A stretch of DNA of 64,000 bases from Chrysomallon squamiferum (taxonomy: Eukaryota > Animalia > Mollusca), in the NCBI GenBank assembly GCA_012295275.1, contig CM022665.1, positions 30,938,001 through 31,002,000 on the forward strand. The letters run 5' to 3'. Positions 25,171 through 40,383 of the stretch are shown here, in pieces (positions within the stretch are counted from its first letter, which is position 1; each line of letters begins with the position of its first letter). The notes under the pieces were generated by a model. It saw only the letters and a list, made by a program, of their open reading frames with translations, was not told where the DNA came from and did no database searches. Made by a program: the position numbers and the translations under genes.

Positions 25171-25537
25171 TTTTGAATTAAAATAATATTTTGCTTTGTT
25201 TATGCTAATGTATTTTTCTGTTCCAGAAAAAAACGTGTTATGCTTCTCCTGTCTTGTTTAAGTATAAATGTTCTTTTATTTAAAGTATAATTGATGTTAT
25301 TGAAAGGTCTGTCTCCATAAAGAAAAAGCAGAAGACCTCTCGCTGTTAAAAAAGTGCAACAGGTGGTGATTGTTCATGTCATCTATTGTATTTAGAAAAA
25401 AAAGGTGCTTTTAGTACAGCCAAGATGTCGGCAGATGGACTAATGTACCATCTTTCAAAAATTTAATTATAAACTTTCCTACAATAGTAATATTGGTTTT
25501 CTACCGTAATAATAGCAAATGGTAGTATATCTATCTA

Positions 25538-25541
<4 letters not shown>

Positions 25542-25615
<74 letters not shown>
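25542..25615. repeat. (CT)n microsatellite
   Basis: Seen directly in the sequence. Confidence 0.97.
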
Positions 25616-25619
<4 letters not shown>

Positions 25620-28600
25620 TCTGTCAGTCTGTTCATGACTGGAAAATTATTGTTACGACTACATAAATGTAAACGAAACATGCATTTATACTAGACAATT
25701 GGTGTATTTACTAAACCTGGTGATAGATGTTTTCTGTTCTACATCGTTCATTCAAATTAGATTTTTCAACCATTTATCATCTGTTAGGTGAATTATATTT
25801 CATTTTGTTTACATGTGTAGAAGAGCATGCAATGAAAATAAAATAAATGGTAGGACATAAAATACTTTTTAATTTTACCCACCTGTTGTCACTGGTTTAT
25901 CAGAACGAAACATTCATATAATACGTTAATTAATTTTTAATAATTACAATAAAAAAATTATTCTTCGTTCCAGACTATTGCACCTTGACCATATTTTTAT
26001 GTGTCTGACCTTTGATCTTTTCCTAATGGCGACGCTATTTTTCTTAATACATTTTATTTTCAATAAATTTATATTCAGCTTTTGTTTGCGTTTTTCTCTT
26101 TCTTTCTTGTCAGTAACTTGATTTGAAATTTTATCAGTAAATGAATATTATGTTTCATTATTAATGTTCAAATATATTTCAGAATGTTCTATTCTTTTTA
26201 ATTAATAACAAATACCAAATTTTTTCATCTCATTCATGTCTTTTTTATTTTATTATATATATATTTATATTTATTCATTTATTAAAAAGAAAAAAGAAGG
26301 TCGTACGTTTTTAACCAAGTTACTAAAAATAAAAATAAAAATATAAAAATAAATAATAATGACATACGCCTGCAAATATCTGCAAATATCTATATATGTA
26401 CAAGGAAAACAAAATCATGTTTTTAGGTCATTCACTAAAGATGAAACATATTTTTATCATCTTATATTGTTCATTGTGTTGCGAACAATTTATGAAGAAA
26501 TATCGTGACGGCATACGACAAACGCGGAAAATTGCTTAAGTACACACTTATACCAACTGCCTAGTGATAGCCGCATACAATATAGAAAATCCTTGAAAAC
26601 AGCATAATGTGTTTCATGGAGAGTGCTGAGGGTGGACCCAGCAAGGAAAAGGAACACTATTGAAGGAAGCAATAGCACGAACCACCTCATTTCTCGAGTG
26701 TCTCAGTGTGTCTAACAATGACTTTCTTCCAAGTGTAAGAGTTTTACACAAACAGCCGACAATTGTAACGGCGTGTTAAATTTCTGTTGCTTTCGTTTGA
26801 ACTTCTAGAACACTGTTCCGTTTATAATTTACTGCACTGTTGAATATTAATTTCCTTTTACACAGTTTTTACAAAATTTTAAATTCATCATCGTCATCGT
26901 AACTTTATCATTTTTCTTATTTTTCAAAGATATATAACTCACTACTGTAGCACTCAGTAACATTCTGCACATTATCTCTCAGTTCATCAGTCTAAATATC
27001 AACTAGAGCATACAAACATTGAAATAATAGAAAGCTTATGAGAACCGTACTTCGTGTGTTTGTTGTTGTTGTTTTTTGAAATTTCACATACTTCCAAGTT
27101 ACTGTCTTATTACTTTCTGTTGGCAGCAAAGCATGACCATAAATAGAACTTTTGTAAATCTGCTATTTCTTCCTTTTCGTTTGTTTACAGCTGTACAGTT
27201 ATATCAAACTTTATTATAAGTAGAGCGTTTTCTCGCCGCTTGTATTAGTTTGTGTTCTCGTCACAGCAGGAACACTTAATGTGTAGGCGAAAGGGTTTGG
27301 CTTATGTACTAAGTACATAACAGAAATGTATGACATGATAAAACGTCTTCAGTCAAGGTTATATTGCCTGGACGCCATGATAAGTGTTTTTTCTTCTAAT
27401 AATGATGTGCTTCCGAACGATAGCAATTATTTTCTGTCCCCTTATACGTATATTAAAGAAATATTTTTGAGAATTATTGTGAATGGCACTGTATGTGTTG
27501 TTACTAACATTCACTTTGAAATATAAGATAGTTAATACCCAAAGGGACAATGCTATTTAAATATTTAATAAATTTTTTGTTTAAATAATTCAAAATTAAA
27601 AACCATATCCAGTTGTTTTGTTTTTTTAAGCGTCGTCTAAAAGAAGCTGATTAACAGTATTGAATATTACAACAAAACAAAAAACACAACCAAATAATAT
27701 TTTTAAAAAAAAAGGAAGAAAGAAAGAAAGAAAAGGAATAAAAGAAAGAAAGAAAAATCCACATTATACTGCATACGAATAAATTTAATATTTTTCTCCA
27801 AGATTAAACCTTAGATGTACATCGATTATATGACGACTGACGATCGCTGAACAGTTTAAGTTCAGAATGGCAAAAATATCAATCAAAACTTGTGAAATTA
27901 CAGGCATCTTTATTAAAAAGTTGATCGTTCATAAAAGACATAACAGAACTGGCAACAAGGTAGTTGTTATGAATACTCGAATAATTCAAGTACTTCTGTT
28001 TATTTAAATACAATCCGCCTTTCATTGGTTTCTTTTCAAACACTTCAAAGATCACCTGACCAGTGTAACGTAACCCTGAAATATTTGATTTCTTTGGACC
28101 GTGAATGTATTTTGTGTACTTGGTGGAGACAGGTGCTAAAACGTCTGAATACAGAGAACAAAGAGAACACGTCGTGTTTCTATTACATCTGAACCATCGT
28201 AATAAATCTCACTGCATTGTAAATAAAATTTCAAGAAGGTTTTCTGCTCAAGTGCCATTGTTACGCTTATCTTCGTGAGCTTATTGTTAAGTAATTGGCT
28301 TTAAGCGGAACTAAGTAACAGGTACGTGCACACCTGCCCACGTGCCGAAGGTGTGAAATGTCCTCCAGGCACGCTTCGTCTTGCATTCGTAATTGACCTT
28401 TCAGTCGACAGTCACCTGTCCGGTTTAGTCAGCTGTCCCCATGGTGGACGATAAACTTGCTCAGAACCTTCATTACGTTTATAACTACAATGGCATCTAA
28501 TTAAGGATTAATAAGATATATTGACAAAACAAACTGGGATTTTAGACTGAATATAATAAACAGTTAATTTTTACTTAACAGATTTATAGATATCAAATAT

Positions 28601-28675
28601 TTTCTATTATTTGAGTTCTTTGAATGTAAATGCGTAATATAAGCAGAAATAATTATTAAGATTAGGAAATGAATA

Positions 28676-28712
<37 letters not shown>

Positions 28713-30119
28713 GAAATAACATTATTTCAGATTTAGGTACCAATTCCCGATTCGGTTTTAGAAACGCCACTTCCGGAGGCTGTCAAATCATGTCTGAATT
28801 TACCAAATAGCGTCAAGTGCAGGTAACAGGCCGATGTCACACACAAAGTGTTCTCCGTTTAGCTCTACAAAAGCACCACAAGGTGTAGCAGTTTAATTAC
28901 GCAGAGCCGTCGACATCTTGGTTTGTAGGCTTGATGGCGCGTTTTTCTCACCGCTGAGCAAACCACGCTCCAGATGTGTCCGATCGTTTTACTCGACAAC
29001 TTGCGACACAGTCTTTCTTGGTGACATGTTTGAGACAACAATCTCCAGCAACACGTCTGCACAGCTTGAGATCCGGAAACTCCCGAGCAATTTGACTCCT
29101 GTCGATCGATAACTCGATAATTGTTTAAATGACAAAAAAAAAAAAAAAAAAAATAATAATAATAATAATAATAATAATGATAATAATAATTATAATAGTA
29201 ATAATAACAGTAAAAAATAAAAAATAGAAGAAAAAATAAAAATAAGAAGAAAAAAGATAAGAAAAACATATTTTATTTCATTTGTTTAGATCTTTCTTTT
29301 CGATCATTTTTTCTTTCCTATTTTTATTCTCTTGAACATTTCTTTTTTCTACATTTCTTTTTTTTTCCCTTCTTTCTTCTTTTTTTAAAATAATTGGATT
29401 TTACTGCACTTAATAAAAAACAAGAACCATATTACCAAATTAAAATGAATCTGTTTTAATTCATTCGTCTTATCTGTTCATCATAAACAAATACATCCAG
29501 AAATCGAAAATGAAATATAATAAAATGAAATAAAATGAAATAAAATAAAAAGAAATAAAATAAAATAAATGAATGAATAAATAAATGTTAAAAATGTACA
29601 AGGAACAAAAAACAGAGGAACGTTTAAATTATTGTTTACTCTCTTCACAAACACGGTTATAAAAGTAAATTACAATAGATATGGATACATACGTATATAT
29701 ACACACGCACGCGCACATACATACATTTTTACAATACATGCATACACACATACATATAAATACATCATACATACAAATAAATACATACATACATAATTAC
29801 ATACGTACATGAAAAGTAAAAGAAATAAAATTAATCATGACAGCAACCGCAATAGATACATCTATACTTCAACAAATTACAAATATAAACAAGAAATTAT
29901 TATAAAGTGCTCTTTCGACTACCCTAATTGTAAATATAATAGTAAACAAACAATGAGTAAAATTTACGAGCTTTACAACAAAGAATAGACAGGAAAATAC
30001 TAGTTTATATTAATTACAGAGACACGCTTGTTTCAAGGAACAAGGAAACGTCGACTTGTTCTCTGAAGTGCTTGATCTGTCGGCCCATTCACTCCGTCGA
30101 AAAACTTTCCTTTTAGAAG

Positions 30120-30770
30120 AGCTTTTGCATAACACAACATACAGAAAGACATGGTTTATTGTAATACATTTACAGCCTTTTGAGAAATAAACTATCTCAT
30201 TCACGTAATTATCACAGAACACATTATACGGAACGAAATAGTTGAATACATTAGATCTACTAGCCTTTGAAATGTCATTTAAATTAATACGAAATTGTTA
30301 TGACTGTCAGAGAAGATATTATACACAAAGTAAAGTTTATTATTTTTGTGGCATCTGAGAAATTTTATATTATCTCATTCTTATGACTATCACAGAATGC
30401 ATTTCACGGAACGAAGTCGTTTAATATAATAGATATTTCGGCATTTGAGCATTCACTAAAAATTCTTAAAATTACCAAAGAGTATATTTTGCAGAAAGAT
30501 ACAATTATAGATTATTAAAATAGATTTACTAAACTTTAAGCATTCATAAAACAACTATCTCAGAAAAGGTGTACAAAGAGAATTAGTTTAATAGCGTTAG
30601 CTTTTGAGAATTCACTAATGTAGAATACTTAAAACAAAGTCACTGTATAATAAGAAGTAGTTTATTACTCTGAACCTTCTGGACTTACAGCATTCAAAGT
30701 ACACTACAGAGTAATACATGGAAAGAAATAGTTTATTGCAGAAACCTACTTTAATTTAAATATTCACACA
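30120..30770. repeat. Old degenerate tandem repeat
   Basis: 30193-30270 resembles 30371-30449 (tatctcattc...tatcacagaa...acggaacgaa...tagat...gc.tttga), with weaker copies flanking. Confidence 0.65.
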
Positions 30771-30914
30771 ATGACAAATTAAAATACGGTTATGTACGAA
30801 AACACACGAATGAATAAATGTTTAACGACACTGCAGTATAAGAAAAAAATACAAATAAAAAATAAAAGAAAAAAGGAAAAATAAAAATAAAAGATGTAAT
30901 AAAATAAAATAAAA

Positions 30915-30946
<32 letters not shown>

Positions 30947-31395
30947 AATAAAAAATAAAAAAACCCAAATGATATACCATAAATTCAATGATGGACTTTG
31001 CGTATATTTCTCACTTTTATGGATGATGGTGATTGTAATAACAAAGATAACAAGAACAGCAGTGATACAACAGGAACGATATGGTAGACGGATATAAGTT
31101 ATTAAAATAGGTTACTACAGTTAGACTTTTTAAAACCACGCAAAAACATACGTACGTACAAACGGATATACTCATTCATATACTTTCACATAAGATAAAC
31201 TTATATGTAAAAGATTAAAATATATAGTTTTAAGTCTGGATTACCTATTCGATACATGTTAATGCATTATTCATAAGTTATTGATAAGTTAATGAAAGAC
31301 TAGTCACTTTCGAATTGAGTTGTAGGCTAGGGGATTTGAACCTAATACGCGATACCTGCAAATCTTTATTTATTTTTATTAGTCCATTCTGTATT

Positions 31396-31558
31396 AATAA
31401 TAAATTATGCATCAGACACATCAGAAGCGAATCGTCTCTGTATTAATTTCATTTGACTTGTTTCTTCTCGCCGTGCAAAATTCGTCATATCAGTTTGATT
31501 CCCGAGACAATTCTCTTAATGGTTATTGCAATTCTTGACGGAATCCATCCACTCAAGT
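31396..31558 (+). repeat. Left arm of a 163-bp inverted repeat
   Basis: Reverse complement aligns without gaps to 35480-35642, 137/163 identical by manual count. Confidence 0.9.
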
Positions 31559-32023
31559 GGATTTTTTACGTTTTATTATTATTATTTTTTTATTGGTAAT
31601 TATAGATCTCTCTTCCGGGTAGCTTAGCAATCTTCTCGAATTACATGTCCAGGTAGACTTGCGTCATTGTTATAAATACCGTATTTACGATAACCAAACC
31701 AAAAAAAACAAACAACAAAACAAACAAAAATAAAATAACAAGAAAACAAATCAACAAAAACTCAGATCTGTTGATGAATGTGAAACTGGTGTCTATATGC
31801 TTGAGGTAACACCACTGCGATAACACAGAGACAGCTTTTTTTCTTCTTCTTCTTTTTTTTTCATTTTTTTTTCATGAGTATTTATAATTTTATGATATAT
31901 TTCTCGTTCCAACAACAGTTGTATGTCTGGAAAACAAAAATTCCTGTTAATGTTTTTCTTTCTTTATATTATTTATATCCATAGAAGTCCAAAAATAAAA
32001 ATAATAAATAAATAAAATCAATA

Positions 32024-32166
<143 letters not shown>

Positions 32167-32366
32167 TTTTTAAAACGGTAGGTATCTCAGATAAGGTAAG
32201 TAATTTGAAGCATTCTTCGTTGTGCGGGTAATTTTCAGAGAACTGTACATGATCTTTACCAAATAATTCTGTTGAAGAAAGTGAAAGTATAAATAACTAA
32301 ACCATTATTATTACTTTTATTATTATTGCTGTTGCTATATTATCTAATATAGCCACCTGAATGACT

Positions 32367-32403
<37 letters not shown>

Positions 32404-32770
32404 CTGTGTGAAGAAAAGGTTTAAAAAGCAAAAGGATAATGCAGCAACAATATTTGGATCTATGTCAATTATCGACATCAAAATAATTTTATGTGTATTT
32501 AAGTTCGACAGTGCTGTAAAATGGTAATATTATTTTAAATTATTTTTAAATATAGCACTTAAGAAGATTAAATTATTATTATTATTATTATTATTATTAT
32601 CCTTAATTTTGAAGGTTAGACTAATGTGTCAAGGGCAGCAACTCTGGCCAAACGCATACAAGTGACTGGACATAATGCATTTGATTTTGTTGTTGCATAA
32701 TGAATAAATTATATTTAATTAAGATCACGATAATATATTATCGTACTATCGCGAAATATGTATCGCCATC

Positions 32771-32872
<102 letters not shown>

Positions 32873-34548
32873 GATTGACTCATTCATTCATTCATACTTA
32901 ACATATGAAACTCATTTAGTTCTATTTATATTTCCAGAAAGTGTAAATTAATGGAAGCGGAAATATTACTTAAGTTTCTTTTATCTTTTTCTCGTTTCTT
33001 TCTTTCTTTCTTTTTTTTTATTTTCTTTTTTTAAGAACAAGTATAAATATTATTAGACAGAAAAATAAAATTTGATATCAGTAATTAATTGGTTGTTTTT
33101 CTTCATTTTTAAAAAAGTCAATTTTTAAGTAGAAAACAATAAAAGCAGAAGGACGTCTTTGGTCACATATAGTTGCTGAGCATTTCCATTGCGAATGGAC
33201 GTCGTATTTAAGATATCTTCTAAACGGAAAAACTGAAAGCATGTTGTCTTTCCAATATGCACTTAGTTCATCAGAGTAAATAGTGATTAACATAATGATA
33301 TTTCCAAGCCTTGGTCATGTATTATTCTTTGTATTAATATCTCTTGTGGATTTCTGTAAATCGATTAATAATCAAAAGATGACTGTCCATTAACGATATG
33401 AAAACTAATCGGTGTAAGTTCTAGATAGCTGGTTTTTAATTAACTATATAATAAACAACTGCTACTACTGTTAGTGTTGCTAACATTGTTATTACTGGTG
33501 TCATACTGCTAGTGCTATAACTGCTGTTACTACTACTAATAGTACTTCTGTTTCTACTAGTAAAGCTACCATACTACTAGTATTTCTAGTGCTATTACTA
33601 CTAGCAAGAGTATTACTGTTCTACTACTACAACAACTACTACTACTACTACTTCAAAATGAAACATCGAACACATCCAGAACCACCACCAGTACAAGACC
33701 AACATCAATAACAAAAATAATAATAATAATTCATCTGTAACAGATATTAAAGTTTGTTTTCGACTCAGTTAATGGAATGATTGTTTAACAATACCTGATT
33801 GCGTTGTTTAATTTCTGACTGTAAAAAAAAAAAAAAGACAAAAAACGAAAAAAACAAAAAAACAAAAACAAATGTAAAACGTGATATCTTTCATAACTTG
33901 ATCATTTGAAACTGGTATGTTATTTATTATTGTTATTTTGGTATAAAATAAATATTGCATATATCGATCTGAATAATTCAAAATCAAGAGCATTCTAGAC
34001 TTAGACTAGGTTCTCTACATCACCGATCTTGTAGTTATAATTTCCCCCACAGGAGGAATCATTTTCCGCTTACTATTTTTTTTTTTTTTTAAATTAAATA
34101 ATTCCACTTTTATATTAACGGCGGCACAGTTTTCGCTTCCTTCCAAACGAGGATTCGTCTAGCAACGAACATTACCTTTTGCCTCTTAAATTATTCACAA
34201 CTTTCGTTATTAATCGTTATCAGAGAAATGTCATTTCACAATTATCAGAAACAGCACTTAAGGATATTCCATGCAGATGACTGATATTAATACATGATCC
34301 CCAAGGCGAGCCTGGCCTTCAGTCCGACACGGGTAGATCTAACACACGATCATCTTCCCTCATGTAAAGATTAAGGGGCGGATCTTTTACAACAAGAAAG
34401 AGAGTTTAGTTAGTGGCAAAGTATAATTCTTGTTACTGAAATCGATTTTATTTAGATGAACGTTTGATATACAGTATGCTGAGAAACAGAGAAAAAAGAT
34501 GAATATATGTATGTTTTTACATGGTTTTGATAATCATCATCATTATTA

Positions 34549-34591
<43 letters not shown>

Positions 34592-35219
34592 AAGTAAATA
34601 ATAAAAATAATACATAATAATAATAACAGATTCTTCAAAACCAGTTTATCGACGGGAAACTTCGGAAGAAATCAGTCATCGACAAGATACTCAAATAATA
34701 ATAATTTGAAAAAAAAAAACATTTTAATTCTGATTTATAAAATTATTATTTATATTATTTTTTTATTTTCATATTAAGATCGATCTAAGACTGAGGAAAA
34801 TTATTTTCTTGTAGGTAAGTTTTAAGGTGCTCTTACCGAAGATGCTAGTACAGTGATTAATTACTATAATGATATCTTGTTCAGTGGCCGCTTTACTACA
34901 GTAAATAAATGCAGAATAATATCTAAATACCGTGAATGTAAGATAATGATTTAAAGATAAATGAAAATAAAATAAAAACAAAACAAAAGTAAATAATAAT
35001 AATTTATAAAATGATTAGGTACTAAGAATTTTTACTTATCTTTTAATTCTAAACAAAGCTTTCATTTGTTGGTATATAATCTAATTAATTTTCATATTTA
35101 CTAAAATGACAATTATATATCGCTTCTTAACGGTTTTATAATTTATTTTATAGCGTAATTGTTGTATATCCACATAAGCAGTAAACGGTCAATGATAGTA
35201 CGCACATTAAACACGCACG

Positions 35220-35268
<49 letters not shown>

Positions 35269-35479
35269 CCTATTCTCATTGCTACCGAAGATACTACAAA
35301 AAAAACAAACAAAAAAAAAGGACCATAACAATAAATACAACGCCAAACAACGCACTGCATAATAAATGATCAGACCCTTAAACCTCTGTTCTGATGGAGG
35401 ACTTGATAAAACAATAAAGCGAAGAAACGTGATAAGTATCTAGACAAGTGAGGCCTACATTAGACGGAAGATGAAAAAT

Positions 35480-35642
35480 ACTTGAATGGACGGATTCCGC
35501 CAAGAAATATAATAACCATTAAAACAATCGTCACGGGAATAAAACTGATATGGCGGGTTTTACACGGCGAGAAGAAAAGAGACAAATGAAATTAATGTAG
35601 AAACGATCCGGTTCTGATGTGTTTTATACATAATTTATTATT
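35480..35642 (-). repeat. Right arm of the 163-bp inverted repeat
   Basis: Partner of 31396-31558. Confidence 0.9.
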
Positions 35643-35651
35643 TAAAAATGA

Positions 35652-35704
<53 letters not shown>

Positions 35705-37014
35705 GCATCATCACCATAATGATGATTATGATGATGATATAAGTATCATAATAATATTTTAAATTGTAATAAATATACTAATAAAGAATAATAATAATAA
35801 TAAAAAATTAATAATAAACAGTAACAGTAATAAAGTAAAAAGAAATAATTGTAATAAAAATGATAGTAATAAAAAAAAATACACATAATAATTATAATAA
35901 AATAAAATAACAAATAATAATAATGATAATAATAAAATAAAATAAAATAATAATGCTAATAAAATTTAAAAACCCCAACTCAAATAATAATAAGAAGAAG
36001 AAGAAGAAAGAAGAAAAAACAGACGTTGTATTGTTTCTTGCCTGCTTCTAAACCAAATCTAATGTCAATATGTTTTATCTTAACTAATTTCATTTTATTA
36101 ATAATGTACGAATTGCAGTTCAAATCTTTTTAACGAATGCTTTGTTTTTATTTTACATTTTTATTTTTAAACCAGTTAGTGCTCATCTTGTTCTTTATAT
36201 TATTATTATCATCATCATCATCATCGTTGTTGTTGTTGTTATTATTATTATTTCATTCCATTGCAATATTTTTATTCTGTATTTTTTTTTTTTTTTTGTT
36301 ATTGTTATTACTGTTGTTATTGTTGTTGTTGTTGCTGCTGTTATTATTTCATTCTATTTCAGTACTATTATTATTATTTTTTTTTATTTTTTTTCGAAAA
36401 CGGCAAAAGATCAGTGGTTTGTTAAAAGATAGTTATTGCTAATTCATCGTTATATAAAACATTTTTTCAGTCATTCTCTTTTATCTAATCAAAACAAACT
36501 AAAGGTTTGTAATCTGAAAAATCTTTACATGTATTTTGTTTAATCTGAATTTTATTAACGTAAAAAAACAACAGTAGCAACAAAAACAATAATAATAATA
36601 ACTATACAATAATAATAATAATAATATCTATACAGTAATATAATAATAATAATAATGACAGTTAAATGCAATAACAAAGAAAAAAACCACAACAACAACA
36701 ACAGTTCTAATAATACTAAACAAGAAATTATCATCATAATCATTGTCGTTGTCATCATTTTTCTCTGAGATTCAGGATGACAGTGGGTTGTTTTCTAATT
36801 TTGGGGTACAAAGTACAGTTGACTGATCCTACGTGTATAAATTTTGAGCTTGTGTCAAAACATCATCTTAAAAATATTAAATATGACGCCAAGTTTTATC
36901 TGACTGCCGCCAGGGAATTTTCTTTTTAAATGAAACCGCTTTAGACTTGTGCAAGTTAAAAAAATAATAATAATAATAAATAAAAAAATATAAAAAAACC
37001 CCAGAAAGATAGAA

Positions 37015-37358
37015 AGAAAAATCATTTTATTAAAAGCAATTTTATTATAGCGAAAAAAAAAAGAAAGAAAGAAAAAAAAAAAGAAAGAAAGAAAGGCAGA
37101 AAAGAAAAAAGAAAAGTAAAAAGAAAAGAAAAAGAAAAAAGAAAATATAAAAATGAAAGGAATTAAAATGTACACAAGAAAGAAAGAAAGATAGAAAAAC
37201 GAAAGAAAAAGAAAGAGAAAAATCATTTTAGTAAAGAAATTTTATTACAGCGAAAAAACAATTAAAGAAATGAAAAGATTAAAAAATAATTTTAAAAAGA
37301 GAGAGTGTAAGAAAGAAAGAAAAACATTTTAAAACGATATATTTATTACAGCTATAAA
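37015..37358 (+). repeat. Three degenerate ~45-bp direct repeats within an A-rich tract
   Basis: agaaaa(at)cattttA...ttttatta(t/c)agc near 37015, 37215 and 37319. Confidence 0.65.
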
Positions 37359-38234
37359 TTAATTTTTATATAATGCAGTTAATTTCTTATTAAACCCCTC
37401 GTATTAATTAACGTCGCTCTTTTCAGAATACAGAATTTAAATTAATCTGTGGGGTTACAAAACAAAGAAACTAAGCAGGTGTTGCCTAAAGCGTTGACAG
37501 CAAAAACACATCCGGTTTGATACATTAATGTATTATTTTCTCTTTCTCGTTATGCAGTTATTTCACTATCGTCTTCTAACCTGGAGGTAACTGGATCGTT
37601 TCTTGATGTCCGCGCAGTGCGTGCGTAATGTGCTTAACTGTACATGGTGTGTTTGTTTTTTTGTGTGTGTGTTCGTGTGTTCGTGTATGTATGTGTCTTT
37701 GTATATCTCTTCATTCGCCTGTCTACAAATACATTTGATGATAATGCTTGACGAAAACCTCTACAATGATTAAAATATTAAATAATCAATATTAAAGTTA
37801 TTAAATGTCAGTCGTGTGATTTTGTAGTTGTATCTGGTTAAAGGAAAAATCTTCTACTTGCATTTTACCTTAGTCTGGACTGAGTATAATACTCATTTTT
37901 TACGGCGCACTGGCGAAAATGGAAGCAATGTACCGAGGAAGATTTATCCGTTTATTTTTCACACTTTTAGGTTTTCTGTGTTGAATTTCAGTTAACATTA
38001 TTCAGTTTGAAGTGTCTTTGGAATTAAATCTTTATTTAAGACTTTTGTTTGTTATGTGTTTTGTTTCGTTATGAAACAGTAAGAAGACACAGCATTTCAC
38101 TGATATAATACAGTATGAAAACTATGTGGGTTTTTTTATTTGTTATCTGGGGTATCGCGTATGTGGTTGTGTTGTTGTTACAACTACTACTACTACTGCT
38201 GCTGACAAAAACATTACTACTACTACTAGTACTA

Positions 38235-38265
<31 letters not shown>

Positions 38266-40028
38266 TTTATTTGTTTGTCTGTTTGTTTATCTTTTAAAAC
38301 ATTTATTGCTACTGTTTCCACTATTCTTTCGAAAATGTAGCAAGCAATTTATAAAGAAAGTCAGTTTTTAATACATAAATATTAACATTGCTTCGCACTT
38401 GAAAAATTATAAAAAAAACACTTAAAAATCAATTTTTATCATTAATTTTATTTTTACCTTTCAACTCTTTTTATAGTCTTTGAGAATTTCTTTCTTGTTT
38501 TTTTGGTATTTTAAGATTTCAATTTTTTTTTTTATATTTCTTTATCTGAGTACAATAAAAAGATTTTTCCTGTCTTTGTATGTAACATTAAATTTGAAAT
38601 TTAGAATAAAACACAAGCAATAAAATTTTGACAAACTGGTGAATTTATTTCCTAAGCGTATCGATTTCTTTTGTTCCCGCATTACGCTCACAACCATGTG
38701 TTAAACGCACATTCCCTATTTTAATCTTATTTCTATTCATACAACAGCTTCTTATCTTGATTTGTTGTTTGAGGGGGGAAAAAAATCAGATTTTGGTATG
38801 CTACATAAAAGTCAAAATCATAAAAACACCACGCGGTATTGAAAATCTTGCAAGATGTTTCTGGTTCAAGTCAATAATGCTGCAAAACTCGTCGATGGCT
38901 TCAAGGTATACTGTTAGGTAATAATTCTTTTGACTTCCATTTTGAAAGCAAGTGTCCAGCAGGTAATTTCGCATTTTCCACAATGTCTGTTAATTACGTC
39001 TATTGCTTCTGGGGCGAGCCAGTGTTCTTGAGTGATGTAACGGCTAAAACCGACGTTCGCTTGCCGAATGTCGCTCTCCGTGTACCAGCTGCTCTCGACT
39101 TGTTACGAATTAATTCCGTTCGATTCAGTGTCCTTATCGATTCTTCAGATGAGATTAATTAATCGATTTTGCTACCTGGGGCCAAGAAACTCGTCACACC
39201 TTGAGAAAGGAGATGGATCACCCCTTTTGAAGTGGCCGCCCTCGATCTTGCACGAGCCGATGAAAACTATTGGAAATTCTATGATTTTGTGAACACCCAC
39301 TGGGTGTGACCACTGAGCCGAATTACCGGACACTATACCTCTAAGAGAACTCATTATATCGTATTGTCAACGATCATCGAGGCAAACAGTTTCGAACTGT
39401 ACAGAACGTATAGCCATTACTTATTCCGTCCTGCTGGACTCTGAGGCATCGCCCATTGAATAATTTAAAATACAATTACTTTATTCTGGACGCAAGTAAT
39501 AAATACAGATAAAGATTTTACAATAAAGGCCAAAGTATATTAAAGATTATCATTTAGCATGCTGGTATATTGTAGTTTTAAGTTTTATTTTTCTCTGTTA
39601 ATATACTCACACGTTATTGATCTGTCAATCGTATCTGCTCAGAGATCAGAACTTAATACTTGAATGGATTATCTTGATTTTTATTATTATTAAATTTGTT
39701 TTTTCTGTTCTCGACTGGAAATAAAAACGAATTAATAATAAAGATTAATATCAGTTTCCCTCTTTGTATTTACCTTTATCATTATACAAGCGAAACCAAA
39801 AAATTAAAAAAAACACCTAAAAAAACCCAAACATATTATTAACTAATAAATGTATTTATGTTCTTCATGTATCCATGTTTATTAATACTGAAATAAACTA
39901 TTATATATCTATATAATTTATCTCAGTTTTTATATTTAAATTTGCTTATGTATATTTGATTTCATTTAGTTATATTACCCCATTCGTGATATTACTTTTG
40001 TTTTTAATGTTAAATAAATATTTGTTAA

Positions 40029-40081
<53 letters not shown>

Positions 40082-40313
40082 TCATGATAATTAAATATTT
40101 TAATAATAATAACAACAACAATAAATATTTAAAAATATTACTAACAACAAACGTAAAACGTAGGTTTTAATGAAACGACGAAGCCCACTGATATTAGAAG
40201 AGCGCTGCACGACAGCAGTTATCCGTGACAAGCAACTTCCATAGATGGCTCCAACATATCGGAAGCAGGAATCGATTGGAACAATCTTAAGCAATGGTCG
40301 TTTCCTTTACAAG

Positions 40314-40383
40314 CCACTACTTAATTCGCTGAAAGGCTGGGCAAAGCAAATGGCACTTAAACAGAAGAAAGCTAATATTTATT
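40314..40383 (+). repeat. Copy 1 of a diverged direct duplication (70-bp core)
   Basis: Ungapped 57/70 identity to 41260-41329. Confidence 0.85.

Noticed and set aside
31322-31357. tRNA or SINE B box (GGTTCAAATCC on minus strand)
   Set aside because: Isolated motif with no matching A box or acceptor stem.
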